A stretch of 64,000 nucleotides of DNA. It comes from Limnothrix sp. BL-A-16. Its GTDB lineage: Bacteria; Cyanobacteriota; Cyanobacteriia; CACIAM-69d. Location: NCBI GenBank assembly GCA_041937175.2, contig CP166615.1, positions 1,216,001 through 1,280,000 on the forward strand, given 5' to 3'. This document shows, piece after piece, positions 21,596 through 31,988 of this stretch; within the stretch, counting starts at the first letter, position 1, and every line of letters starts with the position of its first letter. The notes under the pieces were generated by a model. It worked only from the letters and a program-made list of their open reading frames with translations. It was not told the origin of the DNA and made no database searches. The position numbers and the translations under genes were made by a program.

Positions 21596-22801
21596 TTAAC
21601 GGAAAAACTCAGTTGGGGTCTGTCGATCGCGCTGAAACTCCTGCCAACACCAGTTCACAAACCCAAAGTAACGATCGCGAAACACATCGGGACTGAAGGA
21701 CTGGGCATGGCGGTGAATCGCCTCCGCACTCAGGCGCGATCGATAGTCTTCAAAGGCCGTCACCGCCGCCGCGATCGCCTTGCTGGTTTGTTGCTCAAAC
21801 AGCAGCCCCGTGCCCGTTTTGGGATCCTGGCGACAGTCGCGCACCGTTTCGCCGGTTCCCCCTTGGGCAAAGGCAATTACGGGCGTGCCGCAGGCCTGGG
21901 CTTCCACGGGCGCAATCCCAAAATCCTCAAACGCCGCATAAACAAAGGCCCGCGCCTGGGCCATGGCTTGGGCCACCACTGCGTCCGGCTGCTCGCCCAA
22001 CAGTTGCACGTTGGCCCCAGCCTGCTCGCGCAAGGAGTCCAGCATTGGCCCGCCCCCAATTACCATCAGGGGCAATCCCAACTGATTGAACGCCTCCACA
22101 ATCAAGTCCACCCGCTTATAGGGCACAAGCCGGGTAACGCAGAGGTAATAGTCATCCTTGGTGGTTTGCAGGGAAAATCGATCGACCTGTACCGGTGGGT
22201 AAATCACCTCCGCCCGCCGTCGATAGCAGCGCCAAATCCGATTGGCCGTGGTGCGAGAATTGGCCGCGAAAAAATCAACCCGATTCGCCGCCAGCACATC
22301 CCACAACCGCAACCGATGCAGCAGATAGCGAGTAAGCCAGCCGATCGGGCCGCGCCCCGATCGACTCCCCGCCAAATAATCATGGGTCAAGTCCCAGGCA
22401 TAGCGCATGGGGGCATGGCAATAGCAAACATGCAACTGATGGGCCGCCACTAACGCCCCCTTTGCCACCGCATGGGACGAGGACAGGATGATGTCATAGG
22501 CCCGCAAGTCTAATTGCTCGATCGCTAAGGGCCAGAGGGGCAAATAGCGCTGCACCCCACGAATGGCTCCCGGAAAGCGCTGCAAAAAAGTATGGCCGAT
22601 CGCTCGGCCATACAAGTAACTTTCAGAATTGCTAGACTCGAAATCGATCAGCGCGTGCAAAGCCACCGGTTCCGGCAACCAGCGATCGAGCTGGGTCACA
22701 ATTTCCCGCACCACCAACTCAGACCCCCCCGTGGCCAGCGGAGTTAACCATTCATGCACCAGGGCATAGCGGCGATCGCATGGAATCATGGGGTGATGCA
22801 T
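21596..22801 (-). CDS. GT4 glycosyltransferase
   Basis: LVHEWLT, SSSHAVAK, EDFGIAPVEAQACGTPV. Confidence 0.92.
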   Translation of the reverse strand: MHHPMIPCDRRYALVHEWLTPLATGGSELVVREIVTQLDRWLPEPVALHALIDFESSNSESYLYGRAIGHTFLQRFPGAIRGVQRYLPLWPLAIEQLDLRAYDIILSSSHAVAKGALVAAHQLHVCYCHAPMRYAWDLTHDYLAGSRSGRGPIGWLTRYLLHRLRLWDVLAANRVDFFAANSRTTANRIWRCYRRRAEVIYPPVQVDRFSLQTTKDDYYLCVTRLVPYKRVDLIVEAFNQLGLPLMVIGGGPMLDSLREQAGANVQLLGEQPDAVVAQAMAQARAFVYAAFEDFGIAPVEAQACGTPVIAFAQGGTGETVRDCRQDPKTGTGLLFEQQTSKAIAAAVTAFEDYRSRLSAEAIHRHAQSFSPDVFRDRYFGFVNWCWQEFQRDRQTPTEFFR

Positions 22802-23025
22802 CCTGACAGGGGCTTTGTTAATGGGTTGACGGGGCTGAAATCATGCCCGTTGCTACCTAGGGGCGCTGGTCTTGGTTGATGGATCACGCCGATCAAGCGT
22901 CGATCAAGCGCCGATCAAGCGAGCCTTGGCCCCGTGACTCGAAGCCCCGCAACGGGCGATCGTGTCAACACCCACTCAAGGGCGCTGGGGCGGTGCTGAC
23001 CAGCATGAAACGGGATCAGACAGCG

Positions 23026-23949
23026 TTAAACGGCGCAAAATGGCCCCAACATCCGTACCTCCGGCTCTAAAAGCACATCCCAACGGCTGTACACCTCATT
23101 ACGGACACAATCAATCAGATTAAAAATGTCCGTGGCTGTGGCGTTATCGCGGTTCAAGATGAAGTTCGCGTGCATTTGGGCCACTTCCGCGCCCCCAATG
23201 CGATGCCCCTTCAAGCCCGACTGCTCAATCAGCCAGCCGGCCTTGCGGGGTTCCGGATTGCGAAACACACTGCCGCAACTGGGCAGATGGTAGGGCTGGG
23301 TAGCGTGGCGGCGCTCCAGGTGCTCGCGAGTTTGGGCTTGCAGGGCTTGGGAGTCGTGGCCGGGCTGGAGTTGGAAGGTGGCTTCCGTGACCAGTTGGCT
23401 GTCTCCTTGCAGGCTGGAGGTGCGATAGCTGTAGCCCAAATCCACTGCCGATCGGTGTTGGATTTGACCCGTTTGGGGAGCCAAAACGGTGGCCTGCAAC
23501 AACACGTCACGAATTTCGCTGCCATGGGCCCCAGCGTTCATAACGATGCTGCCGCCGATGCTGCCGGGAATGCCCACCGACCATTCCAGACCGCCCCAGC
23601 CCAGATAGGCCGCTTTCCAGGCCAAGGCGGCCATGGATACGCCAGCGCCGGCCGTGATCCTGGCGTTTTCCCGATCGATCTGAATCCGCCGTAGATAGCG
23701 TGTGCCGATGGTTAAACCCGAAATGCCCCGATCGCTGATCAAGAGGTTGGATCCCGCCCCCAAAAGGGTCACGGGAACACTATTGCGATCGGCCCACTCA
23801 AAGCACTCGTATAAATCATCAAGGGTTTTGGGAGCGGCATACCATTCGGCTGGCCCCCCAACCCGAAAAGAGGTAAACCGCGCTAGGGAGACATTGGACT
23901 GAATCAGGCTACCCGTCTTTGTGGCGGGTGAGTGCAGTTGAGTCACCAT
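23026..23949 (-). CDS. murB: UDP-N-acetylmuramate dehydrogenase
   Basis: TSFRVGGPA, LGAGSNLL, GIPGSIGG, PSCGSVFRNP, HANF, LEPEV. Confidence 0.95.
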   Translation of the reverse strand: MVTQLHSPATKTGSLIQSNVSLARFTSFRVGGPAEWYAAPKTLDDLYECFEWADRNSVPVTLLGAGSNLLISDRGISGLTIGTRYLRRIQIDRENARITAGAGVSMAALAWKAAYLGWGGLEWSVGIPGSIGGSIVMNAGAHGSEIRDVLLQATVLAPQTGQIQHRSAVDLGYSYRTSSLQGDSQLVTEATFQLQPGHDSQALQAQTREHLERRHATQPYHLPSCGSVFRNPEPRKAGWLIEQSGLKGHRIGGAEVAQMHANFILNRDNATATDIFNLIDCVRNEVYSRWDVLLEPEVRMLGPFCAV

Positions 23950-24300
23950 AGGTTCAAAATTGCAACAAACAGATTGCGACAAGGGATTGCAACAAACGAA
24001 TTGCGGATTGCGATTAGAAACTGCAACTAGGGAGGATGCAGTGAACTGGTGCAACGAAGCCGAGATGCGGAACCGAACCAGAGAACTAGGAACTGCAACC
24101 AAGACCCGCAACCCAGATCCAAAATCGAAATTCAGAATCGAAATCCAAAATCGAGATTCAGAATCAGGATCCAGGGCCTAGATGAGCCTAGATATAGAGA
24201 ACTGGAATGCGATGGAGCGCATCCAAACTCTAAAGGTCGATTCAAAACGGTTCAGTCAGCGAGGTAGCAACAGCACCCGATCGGGTAATGCACCCGCAGA

Positions 24301-25842
24301 TTAGAGAGCGCTGCTGGTTTTGCAATCATCTGTGGCCCGATCGGCCCGGGCTGCCAAATCCTTCAGCACCGAAGGCACGATTTGATTGAGATTCCCTGCA
24401 CCCAAAAAGAGGGCTAGGTCACCCGGTTGAAGAGCCGCAGACAGAAATTGGTGTGTGTTGTCGAGCGAGCCGCAATAGGACACTTCGGGATGGTAGGCCG
24501 CCACCCGATCGGCCAAGGTTTGGCCGCTGAGTCCTGGAACCTGTTTCTCACCAGCGGCATAAATATCCGCAATGGCCACTAAATCTGCATCCTGAAATGA
24601 TTGGGCAAACTCCTCAAGAAAGGTTTGGGTGCGACTGTAGCGGTGGGGCTGAAAAATTGCCACTACTCGCGATTGCCCTGCTTGGGCGCTCAACCGTTGG
24701 CGAGCCGCGGCCAAGGTGGCGCGAATTTCGCTCGGATGGTGTGCGTAGTCGTCATACAGGGCAATTCCCCCCTCGGTGCCCCGATGCTCGAAGCGACGCT
24801 GGGCCCCCTGAAAGCCCGCCAATCCTTCGGCAATTTGGGCAAAGTCCAACCCCAAGTCCCGACCCACGGCCACGGCAGCCAGGGCATTGCTGAGATTGTG
24901 CTGACCCATCAGTTGCAGTTGGATTTCCCCGAGCACCTCCCCACGTTCTAGCACTGTGGCTATTACACCCTGGGCCGTATATTGGGGGTTCAGAACGGTG
25001 TAATCGGCCACGCGATCGGGATCGAGGCTGTAGGAAATATCGGGTTTGAGGCGATCGCGCAACGTGGGACAGTCCAAACACCCCACCCAGCGTTGGCAGT
25101 TGTGGGTAAACTGCTCAAAAATTTCGACCACCCCATCGATCGATTGGTAGTGATCGGGGTGGTCGAGTTCAATGTTGGTGATAACACCGAGTTCCGCAAA
25201 AAGCTTAATCAGTGAGCCATCGGACTCATCCGCCTCCGCCACCAGGTAAGGGCCCTGGCCTAAGCGGGCGTTGCCCTCCCAAGCGTCCACCTCGCCGCCC
25301 ACAATGATGGTGGGATCAATGCCTGCCTGAAGCAGCATGTAACCGATCAGACTGCTGGTGGTGGTTTTGCCGTGGGTTCCGGCAACGGCGATCCCGCGCG
25401 ATCGGGTCATCAGCGCCGCCAGCAGGTCTGAACGATGCAAAATTGGACAACCCAGCTCCACAGCCGCTTGATATTCCGGGTTTTCTGCCTGAATCGCCGT
25501 TGAACAGACAACCTGCGGCAGGACTTGCGGTGCGGTGGAGTGCGCTTCGGCCTCGGGAACCGTGGCTAGGGCCATTGCCGCCAAGGGAACATCAGAGGCC
25601 AGCGCGGGAGGAGTTGCAAAAGGCACACCGGAACGAAAGACATCGAAGTTCGTTGCGGATTGTTGCCAAAAAATCTGAGCACCTAGTTGTTCCAGGCGTT
25701 GGGTAATATGGCTCGATCGCGCGTCCGATCCAGAAACGGGGATCTTCTGCTTGACCAGAATATACGCGAGAGCCGACATGCCGATGCCACCGATGCCAAT
25801 AAAGTGGAAAGGCCTTCCGCTAAAATCCACAAGATTCGGCAT
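24301..25842 (-). CDS. murC: UDP-N-acetylmuramate--L-alanine ligase
   Basis: IGIGGIGMS, AGTHGKTTT, EADESDG, DDYAHHP, FQPHRYSR. Confidence 0.96.
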   Translation of the reverse strand: MPNLVDFSGRPFHFIGIGGIGMSALAYILVKQKIPVSGSDARSSHITQRLEQLGAQIFWQQSATNFDVFRSGVPFATPPALASDVPLAAMALATVPEAEAHSTAPQVLPQVVCSTAIQAENPEYQAAVELGCPILHRSDLLAALMTRSRGIAVAGTHGKTTTSSLIGYMLLQAGIDPTIIVGGEVDAWEGNARLGQGPYLVAEADESDGSLIKLFAELGVITNIELDHPDHYQSIDGVVEIFEQFTHNCQRWVGCLDCPTLRDRLKPDISYSLDPDRVADYTVLNPQYTAQGVIATVLERGEVLGEIQLQLMGQHNLSNALAAVAVGRDLGLDFAQIAEGLAGFQGAQRRFEHRGTEGGIALYDDYAHHPSEIRATLAAARQRLSAQAGQSRVVAIFQPHRYSRTQTFLEEFAQSFQDADLVAIADIYAAGEKQVPGLSGQTLADRVAAYHPEVSYCGSLDNTHQFLSAALQPGDLALFLGAGNLNQIVPSVLKDLAARADRATDDCKTSSAL

Positions 25843-26424
25843 TGCCGCTCCTCAAAACACCACACCAACAATCACGCCATATCATATCAGCAACGGTCAA
25901 ATTGCCGCAGAGAAGCGTTGATCCTCCTAAAACCAGCCTGGGCTGTGGGTTTCGGCGAACGATCGTGGCCTAAAATCTGGCAAATTTCTTGCGAATTCAA
26001 CCCATTTTGATGGGGAACAGCCCAATTAGTCCGATCGACCCAGAAGGGTGTTTGAGCGGCCCCAGCCAAGCCTCCAGCAGACCTCCAGCAGACCTTAACC
26101 AAGCCCAAACCCAGCTTTTGCGATCGCCCCACCGGGCCTCATTCCCAGCGGCCATCACTCACTTCGAGGCCAAACCGCAACCAGCGATCATGATCCCCGC
26201 AAAAATTCTGCAAAATCCGTTGCGATTAGTTTGGGATTCGGCCGGGATCGATGGTTAAATGTGGGCACATTGCTGGCATGATGGCTTGGCACTTGTCAGG
26301 CGATCACTTGGGGCAGCTTTTCGTGTGCTCGCCCTCTGTTTTGGGGGGATCGATCGACCCGATCAACCCCGCCTCAGTTCCCAGAATCAGATCGTGCAGT
26401 TAGCCTGTACCATATGATTTTGGG

Positions 26425-26430
26425 TACAAT
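26425..26430 (+). promoter_or_regulatory. Candidate -10 box for the gap2 transcript
   Basis: TACAAT 12 nt upstream of the omegaRNA-like module. Confidence 0.45.
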
Positions 26431-26442
26431 CAACGCCTTCAA

Positions 26443-26608
26443 GTCGCGGGCGGGCAGTCCGAGACTCGAAACAGACGCAGAGGTCAGCGCCAGCCTGGTT
26501 CGCCAGCAGCAGCCGATGAAGCGTCAACCCGTGGTCTAGTTGAGCAACTTTAGTAGTTGCTGAATTAGGGCTGGCAATCCCGCTCCGAAAATGTGGGAAA
26601 AACGTCAA
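26443..26608 (+). ncRNA. Orphan tnpB 3'-tail / omegaRNA-like module, copy 2, in the gap2 leader
   Basis: First 87 nt match copy 1 at 73 positions without gaps; translates VAGGQSETRNRRRGQRQPGSPAAADEASTRGLVEQL*; degenerate right end GGCAATCCCGCTCCGAAAATGTGGGAAAAACGTCAA. Confidence 0.68.
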
Positions 26609-26650
26609 CTATTTCCTTAATACACCCTAAGCACGCGAGGGCATAGCATA

Positions 26651-27664
26651 GTGATTAGAGTCGCCATTAACGGTTTTGGCCGAATCGGTCGTAACTTCTT
26701 AAGATGCTGGTTGACCCGCCAAGATAGCCAGCTCGAACTGGTGGGCATTAACGATACGTCCGACCCCAAGACGAATGCCCACCTGCTCAAGTACGACACG
26801 ATGCTCGGCAAGCTAAATGCCGACATTCAGGCTGACGAAAATTCCATTACCGTCAACGGCAAAACGATCAAATGCGTGTCCGATCGGGATCCGCTCAAGT
26901 TGCCCTGGGCCGAGTGGGGCATTGACCTGATCATTGAATCGACAGGCGTATTTGTTAGCGAAGAAGGCGCTTCTAAGCACATCCAAGCCGGTGCCAAGAA
27001 AGTCCTGATCACCGCTCCGGGCAAGGGTGACGGTGTTGGCACGTTCGTGATGGGCGTGAACGACAGCGACTACGACCACGACAAATTCAACATCGTTAGT
27101 AACGCAAGCTGCACCACCAACTGCTTGGCTCCCGTGGTGAAGGTGTTGCATGAGAACTTTGGCATCATCAAAGGCACCATGACCACCACCCACAGCTACA
27201 CGGGCGACCAACGGTTGCTCGATGCGAGCCACCGGGATGTGCGTCGGGCCCGCGCTGCGGCCATGAACATTGTGCCCACCTCCACGGGTGCTGCCAAGGC
27301 GGTGGCCCTGGTGTTGCCGGAAATGAAGGGCAAACTGAACGGGATCGCGATGCGTGTGCCGACCCCGAACGTTTCGGTGGTGGACTTTGTGGCCCAGGTG
27401 GAAAAGAGCACGATCGCCGAGCAGGTGAACGAAGTGCTGAAGGCCGCCGCTGAAAACGGCCTGAAGGGCATTTTGGAATACAGCGATCTGCCCTTGGTTT
27501 CGTCGGACTATAAGGGAACCGATGCTTCCTCGATCGTGGACGCTAGCCTGACCTTGGTGCTGGGCGGCGACATGGTGAAGGTGATCGCTTGGTATGACAA
27601 CGAGTGGGGCTACAGCCAGCGCGTTGTGGACTTGGCGGAACTGGTTGCCCGCAAGTGGAAGTAG
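26651..27664 (+). CDS. gap2: NAD(P)-dependent GAPDH, Calvin-cycle type
   Basis: [35 protein letters not shown]; divergent from murC. Confidence 0.96.
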   Translation: MIRVAINGFGRIGRNFLRCWLTRQDSQLELVGINDTSDPKTNAHLLKYDTMLGKLNADIQADENSITVNGKTIKCVSDRDPLKLPWAEWGIDLIIESTGVFVSEEGASKHIQAGAKKVLITAPGKGDGVGTFVMGVNDSDYDHDKFNIVSNASCTTNCLAPVVKVLHENFGIIKGTMTTTHSYTGDQRLLDASHRDVRRARAAAMNIVPTSTGAAKAVALVLPEMKGKLNGIAMRVPTPNVSVVDFVAQVEKSTIAEQVNEVLKAAAENGLKGILEYSDLPLVSSDYKGTDASSIVDASLTLVLGGDMVKVIAWYDNEWGYSQRVVDLAELVARKWK

Positions 27665-27742
27665 TTTCCAAATGCTTCAGCTAGCTACTCGATCTTGCAA
27701 TGTTCTGTAGCTAGTCTTGGCCAGTAGTTTTTTGAATCATGC

Positions 27743-27778
27743 GGGAGGCAGGATGTTATATTCTGCCTCCCTTTTTTG
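27743..27778 (+). terminator. Intrinsic terminator of gap2
   Basis: gggaggcag ... ctgcctccc followed by T6. Confidence 0.85.
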
Positions 27779-27812
27779 ATTGCTGATGGATCTATTTTGG
27801 AGTCTTGACTTA

Positions 27813-27944
27813 GAAGAGGTCTGAAAAGCATTTTTCGGCGCAGGTCAAGCAATCATCATCATCGGGGCAAGGGGCTTAAGCCCCTTGTCTTCGCTGGCTT
27901 GCAAGATCTGAAAGGTTAGCCAGTTAGGCTTTTCAGAGATCCTC
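27813..27944. mobile_element. MITE family A (132 bp) with central REP-like palindrome
   Basis: TTA|GAAGAGGTCTGAAAAGC ... GCTTTTCAGAGATCCTC|TTA. Confidence 0.8.
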
Positions 27945-27951
27945 TTACCTG

Positions 27952-28626
27952 TCACGACTTAGCCTGAAGAATACCCAGCAAAATGGCGATCAGGTCGTCT
28001 AGATTTCCAGGAATTGTATAGGCATTCAGGTCTTTATAAACCGCTTGACTGGCGCGATCGAGTTGGCCAAAAACCCAAACATTCCCGATTGTCACGGCTC
28101 CGTATAACCAGGGTTGGCCAGGGGCGATCGCCCGATCTAAGGCAATTAATTCAACGGCTAATTGGTTAAAACCGCGCTCTAAATCGCCCTTTTTCGCTTC
28201 AATAATCAGCATTTGATCCGCTGCCTTCAGGCAATAGTCTACGGTTCCACTGAGGTTTTCACCACCATTGAGGCTATATTCCACTTCAATTTCGATCGGG
28301 GCGTAGTCGAGTAATTCCAACAACAGGGGTGCAATATAAAATTCTCGTTTGGCCGTTTCCGAAGTCAACGAAATGAAGGGCAGTTTTTGGGTGTAGGTGG
28401 CACGGAGGCGAGATTGCTCCGTCAGGCTTACGCCATCACTCGGCCGGAGGGTTTGCGTCGCAGCCGCACCGCTGGATTGCGGCCAGCGGGGGAGATTGAG
28501 GGGCTGAAGATGGTAGGAACAGCCAAAATATTCAACTAGCTCGCGGGTAGAAATATTGAGGTCGAAGTAGTCGGAAAAGGTATATCGACGATCGGGGTTT
28601 AAGAGGGGGGCTAGGCGATTGGGCAT
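27952..28626 (-). CDS. Hypothetical PD-(D/E)xK-like protein
   Basis: GTVDY...IIEAKK motif, YGAVTIGNVW. Confidence 0.75.
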   Translation of the reverse strand: MPNRLAPLLNPDRRYTFSDYFDLNISTRELVEYFGCSYHLQPLNLPRWPQSSGAAATQTLRPSDGVSLTEQSRLRATYTQKLPFISLTSETAKREFYIAPLLLELLDYAPIEIEVEYSLNGGENLSGTVDYCLKAADQMLIIEAKKGDLERGFNQLAVELIALDRAIAPGQPWLYGAVTIGNVWVFGQLDRASQAVYKDLNAYTIPGNLDDLIAILLGILQAKS

Positions 28627-28692
28627 GGTGTTTTGGCAACCAAGTTAGGAGTGATCCAATAGCCCGATCGTCGCACGACCGACGAAGGACAA

Positions 28693-28968
28693 TTACTGTT
28701 CAACCATTGAGGTCTCATTGGATTGAGGTTGAGGAATATTCAACAAGGGCAACCGATCGCCCCGAAAGATTTCTTCCGCCAATTCTCCCAATTCTGCCGT
28801 TGCCGTTGCCAACATCCGAACACCCACAAAACCCGTCAAAACGGGCAAGACGGCCAGACTCAACATCCATTCCGGTGTTGGCAAATAGCGGCTCAGGGCC
28901 TGGCTGTTCCAAGTGGGGCGATCGGGCGTTGGTTGAGAACCGGGGGAATGGGGATTGGTTGCAGGCAT
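28693..28968 (-). CDS. Small hypothetical protein with one hydrophobic segment
   Basis: C-terminal GELAEEIFRGDRLPLLN block. Confidence 0.65.
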   Translation of the reverse strand: MPATNPHSPGSQPTPDRPTWNSQALSRYLPTPEWMLSLAVLPVLTGFVGVRMLATATAELGELAEEIFRGDRLPLLNIPQPQSNETSMVEQ

Positions 28969-29054
28969 AAGACAATATCTCGGAATCTCGGAGTTCAAAT
29001 CAACCGTCAGACAAGCCAGAAACGCTGAAAATCGAGCAATTTCAACCGGAAGTG

Positions 29055-30185
29055 CTAGGGAGTGACCCGCTCATACACCAGCCATCGCAGAGAAATTGGG
29101 GGCCGTTGTTGCTCCCCCAGGGGGAAGAGTCGATCGCCCGTGGCCCAGGGATCCAACCACGCTCGGGCCGCCAAGGCTTCCGGGGGCAAGTGTTCCCGCT
29201 CATAGGCCAAGGCCGGCTCGTCGGACACCACCCGCAGGGGCAACGAGGCGATCGCCCGGGCTAGCTCCGCTGGTTGCAACAGGAAACTATCCGTTACGTA
29301 GGATAGCTGCCGCGCCAGCGGCGTGGGGTCATAGTCATCGGTGGTAACAAAGCAATCCATCACGATTTTGCCGCCGGGCCGCAATGCCGGAGCCAGCTTG
29401 GCCAACAGGTGTGTCAGTTGGGCCGGGTCGCTGAAATATTGCACCACGCCGGTCAGAACGATCAGACCGTAGCGATCGAGCTTGGGGGTGAACGCCGGGT
29501 CGCGAATATCCTGCTCAATCAGGTCGATCGCCACACCTGCATCCTTGGCCAGTTGGCGAATGGTGTCGAGCATTTCGGGGGTGAACTCGATCGCATCCAC
29601 CAGGTGACCTTGTTGGGCCAGGGCGATCGCATTGCGCCCCGTCCCGGCTCCCACATCCAGCACCGGAATTGTGGCGGCGGGGGCTTGATCCCTAAGGGTC
29701 GCTGCCAAATCCAACACCTTGGCATCGGGATAGCGATCGCAGTCCTGGGGTGGACGATATTGCAAAAACAGCTTGGCCCGATCGCTGTAGGAAATCGCCA
29801 CCGGCCGAATATCCCAAACCAGACCCCGATGGGGGGGCGGAGCCGGTGAATAGCGCACCAGCAACTGCGAATAGGGAGAAGCCGCAAACCCCTCTTCCAC
29901 GTTTTGGGCCACCGTGGCTCGCACCCGCGCCATTTCCTCCGGCGAAAAGGGATAGCCCAACACGGCGGCCAACATCTCCAGCCGCCGCACATGCAAATCG
30001 ATCATCCCCGGCACACAAAGCAGGGCTAGCTCCCCACGGGAGGCCTCCCAGGCGTGGGCCCCTTGCAGCAGAGCGCGATCGAGCCGATCGGGATCCGTAA
30101 CCACAGTTGGCGCGATCGTCCCTTCAGGAGCGCTGGTTTCTGCCGAGTTCGGGAGCAAGGGTGAGTTAGGAGATGAATCAATCAC
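29055..30185 (-). CDS. Class I SAM-dependent methyltransferase (start uncertain)
   Basis: VLDVGAGTGRN, ALRPGG. Confidence 0.85.
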   Translation of the reverse strand: MIDSSPNSPLLPNSAETSAPEGTIAPTVVTDPDRLDRALLQGAHAWEASRGELALLCVPGMIDLHVRRLEMLAAVLGYPFSPEEMARVRATVAQNVEEGFAASPYSQLLVRYSPAPPPHRGLVWDIRPVAISYSDRAKLFLQYRPPQDCDRYPDAKVLDLAATLRDQAPAATIPVLDVGAGTGRNAIALAQQGHLVDAIEFTPEMLDTIRQLAKDAGVAIDLIEQDIRDPAFTPKLDRYGLIVLTGVVQYFSDPAQLTHLLAKLAPALRPGGKIVMDCFVTTDDYDPTPLARQLSYVTDSFLLQPAELARAIASLPLRVVSDEPALAYEREHLPPEALAARAWLDPWATGDRLFPLGEQQRPPISLRWLVYERVTP

Positions 30186-30634
30186 GCAGCCAGATTCCAA
30201 AAATTGTGCAAACGCAACCCGTCGGTTCCCAAGGTGTCCTGATTTTCCCAACCAGATCAACAGAACTAGGCTGAATTGGGTTGCCGTAGCTGTTGAAGAA
30301 CCTTGGTTGATTGCGATTGTACTGTTGATTAACCCTTGTCAGGAAAGCTGATGGGGCAATCTTTTGGCGCAATCTTGGGAGAGCGATCGGGCCAGGGCCA
30401 CCAAAGCGCAATTGCCTTGCGATCGCGATCGCACCACTCACCCCCACTCGATCGCATCTCCCCTAGGGCAATTTCACAACTGGCTACGGATAGCGATCGC
30501 CGCAAAACCATCTGAAAACCACGATTCTTTAGACGAACCGGTCGCGACAATTGCTAACCCCGATGCTTTTGGGGTGAATTTCGCGGCTCGGTGAAATGAT
30601 TTTTGGTTGCATCACACAGGTTGGAGTTGCCGTC

Positions 30635-30838
30635 ATGACTGAAGTTCGCATGGGTAAACGCATTCAGTACACTTTGACTGAAGTGGAACGAGAAATTTTG
30701 GCCCTGGTGCAAATGCTGGCCCACAACTCCACCGCCATCAGCTCCGCCACCATTTCCGCCTGCTCTCGATATACGCGCCCGGAAGTGGAGCAAGCACTCT
30801 CTAGCTTGATGGCCGCTGGCTTGATTTGTCAGCGTTAG
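30635..30838 (+). CDS. Small winged-helix-like protein (67 aa)
   Basis: GGAG RBS; LTEVEREILALV...TRPEVEQALSSLMAAGLI pattern. Confidence 0.6.
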   Translation: MTEVRMGKRIQYTLTEVEREILALVQMLAHNSTAISSATISACSRYTRPEVEQALSSLMAAGLICQR

Positions 30839-30904
30839 AGATTGGGGGTTCGCGGGCCTTGACTGGGCCCTGCTATTTGGCCCTGATTGTTTTGCTACCA
30901 ATTA

Positions 30905-31932
30905 CAGCCTTTGCCTAGAACGATTGGCACGGCATAATTATAAGTTTAGTTGAGTTATCGTCAGGAAAACTCATGGGTCGTTATTCTCTGGACTTGCGCC
31001 GAAAGATTGTAGAAGCCTACGAAAAGGGAGACACTTCAATTCGGAAAGTGGCAAAACAGTTTTCGATTAGTCCAGATACCGTCAGGCGGCTTCTAAACCT
31101 ATATCGTTCAACTGGAAGCTTAGTACCTAAGAAGTGTGGCACGAAGCGAGTGAGCATCTTATCTCAGCATGAAGAAGCCATCTTAGAAATTGTAGAGACC
31201 AATCCTGATTTTACATTGCGAGAGTATTGCGAAGCAGTGCAAGAAAAATTGGGTGTCAGTTCTAACACAAGCATGATGGATCGATTTTTAAAGCAACATG
31301 ACATCAGCCTCAAAAAAACATACAGGAGCGAAAAAGTAATCACGGCGGAAGTACAAGCCGAGCGAGTGAGCTACTGGCAGAGAATTTTGAAAGTGGAAGC
31401 TGAAAAGCTTGTCTTCATTGACGAAAGCGGTTTTTAGGTTGGGATGAATCGCCCCATGGCCAGAGCTAAAAAAGGAATGAAGGCTTATGAAACCCAGAAG
31501 CCCTATTACGGTAAAAAGATGACAGTCATTAGTGCGATCAGGCGATCAGGAGTTGTCACAATAAAAGGATTGAAAGGCTCAATGAAAAAGGAAGATTTTC
31601 TAGAGTTTGTTAAAGTAAATTTGGCACCGCAGTTAAAAGCGGGTAATGTGGTTATCATGGACAACTTAAACTCTCATCATCGTCCAGAAGTGAAAGAAAT
31701 GATAAAAGCAGTAGGAGCAACAGTAGAATATCTGCCAGTGTATTCACCAGATTTTAACCCTATAGAAATGATGTGGTCACAGTTAAAAATCTTTTTGTGG
31801 AAATTTAGAACAGAAACCATAGAAGTGTTGGAACAATTAACTAGATTGGCAGCCCGACTGGTGGATTTACAGTGCCTGAAAAACTGGTTTACTAAATGTT
31901 GTTATTGTACCTAGTGATTACGGTAAGGGCTG
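30905..31932 (+). mobile_element. IS630-family insertion sequence (1028 bp)
   Basis: TA|CAGCCTTTGCC ... GGTAAGGGCTG|TA; AT-rich; contains transposase. Confidence 0.9.
30973..31914 (+). pseudogene. IS630 transposase interrupted by an in-frame TAG at 31435-31437
   Basis: YSLDLRRKIV HTH, FIDESGF*VGM, IMDNLNSH, LPVYSPDFNPIEMMW; both track ORFs are in the same frame. Confidence 0.88.
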
Positions 31933-31988
31933 TATCAGCCGGTACTATCAGCCCGAATTCCTTACCACCAATTAATAATAGTCTTCAC

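Noticed and set aside
31896..31988. MTase N-terminal domain truncated by the IS
   Set aside because: Rejoining the empty site gives an in-frame TGA a few codons upstream, so no long lost N-terminus.
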